Of a stretch of 64,000 nt of DNA, positions 57,458 to 64,000 are shown piece by piece (positions within the stretch are counted from its first letter, which is position 1; each line of letters starts with the position of its first letter). The DNA is from Chrysomallon squamiferum (lineage: Eukaryota > Animalia > Mollusca): positions 19,530,001 to 19,594,000 of the forward strand of contig CM022677.1 in the NCBI GenBank assembly GCA_012295275.1. The letters run 5' to 3'. The notes under the pieces are model-generated. The model was not told the DNA's origin. It searched no databases and was given only the letters and a program-made list of their open reading frames with translations. Both the position numbers and the translations under genes were made by a program.

Positions 57458-60400
57458 ATGACTGCAAAAGTAAGATTAAGTTTGTTACTTTTTTTAATAA
57501 TGTATTTTTAAATTTATATTTGCATTTATTAATAAGATAAAACAATGGTTTGTGAATTAGAAATCGAAGATTGTAAGAATTAATAATATTTATTACTTTA
57601 AACATTTTGCACAATAAATCGATGCCCGATGCTTTAAAAGAATCGATATCAGCATTCAGCCGATTGAAAATTGTAGTGTGGGAAAAAATTAAAATTAATA
57701 TACTTTTGAATAATATAATAATAATTAATTAAACAATTAAACAATCGATTTTGTTTTGATTTTGATTTATTTTTTATTTTTTAAGTTTTATTTTATTTTA
57801 TTTTTTTTTTTTTATTTAAAGTAAAATAAATTTTGGATCACATTTTTATCACAAATTATAAATATGTTTTCCAAAGGAATACCTGATGTGAAATGATCTT
57901 TTAAAAAATTTGCATTAAAAAATTCAAATTGGTTATTCTGATTTTTAAAAAGTTCAATTTATAATTATTTTAATTTTAGAAATCTAGTTTTATTCTGTAT
58001 TCAAAATGTAATTATTTTTGCTTTCCAAAATTTAGTTCAAGTACAATTTACTTTTGGTACAAAATTCAATAACAGTAACTTTGCATTCCTTAATTAATGA
58101 ATTACAGTTACAATCTAACAAAGTATTAATAATAATAATAATAATAATAAAAATGACAATTGCTATGTTGTACCTGTTAGTTACAAAGGAATCCACTGTC
58201 AAAAAAATGACTTGGTTACCTGCCCATTGAAGGTTAATAGACAATTGTCTGTTAAATAGACAGTCATCTGTTAAATAGACAATAATCTGTTAATAGACAG
58301 TTGTCTGTTAAATAGATAATCCATTATTGATCTTCTATTGTCAGTGAAGATAGCTATTTAACAAAAAAAACAGAATCTATCTTCCAACTGTCTGTTGTTC
58401 ACTGAAAGTGGCTTAGAAATACAATGACCCTTGCTTCACAGTGGTCTGTTATGTGAGAGAGTATGTCCTCCATATTAAACTACCACACATGTGCATTTTA
58501 ATTTTAATTTTATTATACATCTGGAATCTGTACTATAATCCTACAATTTATGAGAATAAAGTCATTATCATTGTTTTCTGTAATCTGCTCTGTAATGTAA
58601 ACATGGGGTTTGAGAAAAGTCATTATCATTGTTTTCTTGTTCTCTATTGTCCTTTGGAAGCAACGCTTAAACAAAAAGATAATCTTCCTTAGACATCTGA
58701 GGTTCATCGAGTGTCTGTTGATCCATAAAGGATTGTTAGTTTTTCCTCAGATCTGTTTCAGTTTGGTACTTGCCTGGTTTGAACACTTCACCTTTCTGCT
58801 ATGGAGAAGTTACTCTTCTGTAGCAAAGGGAATTCTTTCTGATAATTAAACAAAGTTGACAAAAAGCCATAAATGAGTTTTGGTTACTTTAAATATACTT
58901 GCAGCTGGCATATGTACGAGTTGGTTATAGGTGACTAACATGGCAGCACATACCGGTGTATTTGTTCATAGAGCAGAATGATGTGTTGCTAGCCATGACA
59001 ACGGAGAAAGTTTAATTCAAGATGGTGAACTGATCTTTATTCTTGCCAACCAAGATTTTGCTTTCCTGATGAAATTGATTTTACTCATAATTTTGTTCCT
59101 TAGAATTTGTTCTTTCATTGAGGTAGTTCTCTTGTTTTAAATATTTCACTTACTTGGAAATTCCAGATAGCAAATTACTTGGGCCATTTTAATTAAGTGA
59201 CCTTCCACTTTATTGATCAGATATGGAGATTCATATGACTTAATAATTACTCTTAAATAATATCAACAACAGTAATAATAAAATGAAAAGATAAATAAAT
59301 TCAGTATAAAATTTAAAAGTAACATGTAATCACACTATCTGTAAATCATCATCATCAGTTGAATTTGCTGAATTTGGCAGAAACATTTAAAATACTGTTT
59401 TTTTGTTGTTTTTTTTCCTTTAACAGTGAATTTCTGTTTTTAATTTGGTAAAACAAACATTTAAATGAATTAGTCATTTATTCCACACTTTTCTGCTCAT
59501 TTACATGTTTATTACACACATTTTTTTATACCACACTTGTTTTGCTGCATATTTATTCAACACTTGTTTTTATTCATTTTTTTTACATATTTATTTATTA
59601 CACTTGTTTTATTCATTTACATATTTATTACACACTTTTCTGCTCATTTGCATGTTTATTACACTTTACTCATTTGCATGTTTATTACACACTTGTTTTA
59701 TTCATCTACATATTTATTACACACTTGTTCTGCTCATTTGCATGTTTATTACACACTTGTTTTACTCATTTGCATGTTTATTCCACTCTTGTTTTACTCA
59801 TTTGCATATTTATTACTTGTTTTGCTCATATACATATTTATTACACACTTGTTTTACTCATTTGCATGTTTATTACACACTTGTTTTACTCATTTGCATG
59901 TTTATTACACACTTGTTTTGCTCATTTGCATGTTTATTACACACTTGTTTTACTCATTTGCATGTTTATTACACTTGTTTTGCTCATTTACATATTTATT
60001 ACAAACTTGTTTTGCACATTTGCATGTTTATTACACACTTGTTTTACTCATTTGCATGTTTATTACACAGTCAGGTGACATTCCTGCCATACGAGTGGAG
60101 GACTACGACGAGGTTGCAAATCGCGGCAACTCGACCGCGACCAACAATTCTGAATTTTTCAAGCAGCTCGACGCTCTCACTGCTCTCCTCGACAACTCCT
60201 TCAGTCTGGCAGACCCTGGACTGCAGCAGCAGCAACAGCAACAACAACAGCTGCAGCAGCAAACCCAACAGCATCATCGAGGTATGTTTAGACAAACAAA
60301 TTTTTATCTTAATTCCATCGTTATTTGGATACTGAAATGTTTTCTGTTTTGTTTAGTTTACAGTAAAGTTGTTGGTATGTGGTGTCCTGCTGCTGTAAAA

Positions 60401-62412
60401 TAATCCATTACAGATAATTAAAAAGCATAGTCTTTGGTTTATCCCTGTTTCAGATAGCGAAGAAAAGCATTTGAGTTGTAATAGCAATGTAAAATGTTAA
60501 GGTTATCTCTGGAAACCTTCTGTTACATACTTTGACTGGAAACAGTCCTTAGAAATCTCACAAAATAATTGTTGTAAATACATATGTCATTCCTTTATAC
60601 AATATATACAATTCTGATATTATTTCTTTATTATTCATTCCTTTCTGTTCTCTTTTTCACATTCATTCATTTCTTCTTTCTATCCACAGGAGACCTCATT
60701 CCTCAGGTGCAGAATCTGATGTATCCACAGACACAGGATGTACAAGGTATTGTGGGATACAATATTATTAACCAATCAGAAACCTCTAGAAATGCCAACT
60801 GTAATTTACTAATATGGTGGCCACTAGCTATTCAGTGCGTGCACTTTTAAACAAGCTAAAAAGTGGATATAGATTATTCTTTAAATTTTTATACATGTCA
60901 GTAAAAATATTATAAGCTGAATAAAAATAAAATTGGATTTATAAGGTTTTTTTAAATATTTTTTTTTAATTCAATTGTGGCTGCATATATTTACCAGAAA
61001 CTGGTGCAAAATGTTGTTATCATTATCATCAGTATTACTAATAATCTGTTACCTGTTTTCATTATCCCATTGCTGCTGCTAGTTTGATAGTTATAACCAT
61101 CATTTATTCAAGATTATCATTGATGTTACCATTATAGTGCTATACTGCTTCTCATTTTTATCTTCAAAATCATTTCCATTTTTGGGGGATATCATACAAC
61201 TAATACTGAATGCTTATTTTATTTTTATTCTGTACAACATTTTACTTAATGAACATCATTCTATTTATATATTGTACAATAAATACTCGGTGCTTGTTTA
61301 TTTATATTAATACAACAAATACTCAAAGCTTATCATATTTTTAATATTAAATACTTGATGGTCAATATCCTATTTTTATATCATACAACAAATACCCAAT
61401 GATTATTCTGTTTTTATATCATACAACAAATACCCAATGATTATTCTATCTTTATATCATACAACAAATACCCAATGATTATTCTATTTTTATATCATAC
61501 AACAAATACCCAATGATTATTCTACTTTTATATCATACAACAAATACCCAATGATTATTCTATCTTTATATCATACAACAAATACCCAATGATTATTCTG
61601 CAGCTGTTTTATCAAACAACAAATACTCAATGATTATTCTACTTCTATAACAGACGTCAACAAATGGGGGGATGTCAGGCGATTATTCTACTTCTATATC
61701 ATACAAAAATGACAATGATTATTCTAATTCTGTCATATACATGTTTGTAATGGGAATGGGTATTCTATGCTGGTCATCATACAACAAATATTAATGATTA
61801 TTCTGTAATTATATATCAAAACAAAAAAATAAATGAAATGTTGCATTGACTGTATCATACAACAAATGACATGACAATGATTGTTCCCAACAAATGCACA
61901 CACACACAGAGGCGTATCAATGCTGAGATTGTTTCAGGACTGGACTTGTTTTTCAAACATGAACGACAGATGCACAGCAACGTCTACAACCAGATGGACA
62001 GCATGGGGGATGTCAGACATGCATACATGCACTACAATTAAAAAGACAAGTGCACTATGATGATACAATCTTATGTATTTATATACAGAGTACCTCAAAT
62101 CAACATTATTTAATTATTGTTATTAATGATGTTATTTTTGTAATTATTATTATTATTATTATTATTGTTATTGTTGTTATTGTTACAATTGTTTTTTTTT
62201 TGCTATTATTGATATTATTATTACTATTATTACTACTATTATTTTTACAATTACTATTGATTATTATGATTATCATTATTAATATTATAAATGATTACTA
62301 TTATAATGATTACTGTTATTACTATTATTATTTATACTATTATTGTTGTTATTGTTACTATTATTATGATTATTATTATTATTATTGTTACTATTATTAT
62401 TACTATTATTAC

Positions 62413-62457
<45 letters not shown>

Positions 62458-62500
62458 TACTATTATTACTATTATTACTATTATAATTATTATTATTATG

Positions 62501-62556
<56 letters not shown>

Positions 62557-63767
62557 ATTTATTTCTTTTGTTTCCAGTGAGTTGAACTACTCGGCTGATT
62601 CCTCGCTGTACTCGTTCGGGAGTCCTATGAGTGAGGCAACACTCTCGCCCATGGAGAAGATCATCTACTCCACCCTGCTGAACCGCCCCACCCAGCCCGC
62701 CCGCACCCCATCCCCCTGTGACTCGAACACGAGCGGGTTCGCTAGCGATGGCTCAGAATCTGTGCTGGCAGACATGATGGTAAATTATTTAACTGTTTCA
62801 GCAGGAATCTGTTTTATGTCAGTACCGTTTCATTCCTTTTTTACATTTTTCCTTTCAGTCTTGAATTATGTTTTTGTCGGTATTGTTTCATTCCTTTTTT
62901 CTCTTTTTTCTTTTCATTCTTGAATTGTGTTTCAGCAGGATCTGTTTTTTGTCAGTACCATTTTTCTCGTTTTTCTTTTTATTCTTGAATTGTTTCAGAA
63001 GGAATTTGTTTTTGTCAGTACCATTTCATTCCTTTTTACATTTTTCTTTTCATTCTTTTATTGCAAATCTTTCATTCTTTTGTTTCATTGTGTCATTCCT
63101 TTTTTACAGATGTGTATCCTCTTTTCTTTTCTTTCATTTTTTTTCCCCACTTTCATTCATTCATTCCATTTATTTTTACTTCATCTTTTATTTCGTTTTA
63201 TTCAGCCATCTCTCTGTTAGTTCCTTAATTTATTTTAATTTTATTCATTTGTTCTTTCTGTGCCTTTTCTTTTAGTCGTTTTATTCATTTATCCTTTTCA
63301 TTCATTCAGTTCATTTGCTCATTCCCTTATTTTCATTTTATTCATTCAGTCCTTTCATTTATTCATTCATTCAACCCTTTCCTTTCCTTCCTTTTTATTA
63401 ATTCATTGCCTTCATTCCTTCCTTTCCTTTACTCATCTGCCATCTTTCCCTTTCATTTCATTTCATTCATTCATCCTTCCATCCATCCACCCACCCATTC
63501 ATTCATCCATTCTTTCTTTCCAGTCTTCCATCAACCTTGGAGGCCGTGCACTGCGTCACCACTACAGCGCTGACCAGGCGACTCAGCCGTGTCCCGCCGT
63601 CTACTCGCCCACCGCAACGGCCAGCGATGGCGCACTGCTGCCGATGTCGAAGGACTCACAGCTGGAGCAGGCGTGGCACTCGCAGTCGATAAACCCCGTA
63701 CTGAACATGACGAATATCGACCCGTATGCCATAGACAGAGCCGCCAGACTGCACAGAAACGCAGCAT
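57458..63767 (+). CDS. CPEB1: Cytoplasmic polyadenylation element-binding protein 1 (CPEB1/Orb class), 5' exons; RRM and ZZ exons lie beyond the window
   Basis: Exons 57458-57469 (ccgccATG, MTAK), 60071-60281, 60690-60746, probable 61938-62016, 62578-62779, 63524-63767. Contains LLDNS (compare INAILDNSLD of vertebrate CPEB1), a polyQ tract, the PEST/degron-like PSPCDSNTSGFAS, and IDRAARLHRNAA, which precedes the CTWSG/RRM1 region in CPEB1 proteins. Exon 1 and the exon 4 and 6 donors are less certain. Confidence 0.88.
59476..60070. repeat. Minisatellite of about 32 bp forming the CPEB1 exon 2 acceptor
   Basis: ttgttttactcatttgcatgtttattacacac, about 18 copies; the last ends in acacAG. Confidence 0.93.
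61290..61650. repeat. 38-bp minisatellite in CPEB1 intron 3
   Basis: tcatacaacaaatacccaatgattattctatttttata, 6 near-perfect copies at 61378-61600 with degenerate flanks. Confidence 0.9.
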
Positions 63768-64000
63768 GTACAAGTTTTTTTTAAAAAATTTTTAATTTTT
63801 ATTTTATTTTTAATTAATTTTTTTTTTTTTAATTTTTTTTTATTTAATTTTTATTTTAATTTTTTTTTTTTTATTTTTATTTAATTTTTTATTTTAATTA
63901 ATTTAAAATTTTGTTTTTGTTCTTTTTGAATTTTTTTTTAATTTTATTTAATTTTATGAATTTTTTAATTTTATAATTTAAAAATAATTTTTAATTTTTT

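Noticed and set aside
59505-60070. Three overlapping 178-288-aa ORFs
   Set aside because: They arise from a stop-free minisatellite; only 60071-60281 is a real exon.

Overview
AT-rich, microsatellite-dense animal genomic DNA. It is probably a lophotrochozoan such as a mollusc (inferred from gene content and repeat style), and has a 200-N scaffold gap at 13766-13965. By reading splice sites I rebuilt four conserved multi-exon genes in two head-to-head pairs. The first pair is CEP78 (minus, first 5 coding exons; the rest is not in the window) and a complete DNAJA1-like Hsp40 (plus, 394 aa, with an upstream heat-shock element). The second is a divergent Rab11-family GTPase (minus, 215 aa, CXC tail) and the 5' half of a CPEB1/Orb-type gene with a polyQ exon (plus). 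An unknown single-pass membrane protein gene lies on the plus strand inside the presumed CEP78 intron 5. It is preceded by a codon-biased ORF that stops 2 nt before its ATG, so it is either a bicistronic/uORF design or an indel. Several minisatellites are built from the splice sites they touch, including a roughly 600-nt AG-free array with 10 UGCAUG (Rbfox) motifs before the CPEB polyQ exon. There is also a repeat-spacer array at 10.6-11.8 kb and a compact four-way-junction fold downstream of DNAJA1. Almost all ORFs in the supplied track are microsatellite artefacts. All homology calls come from recall, not database searches.
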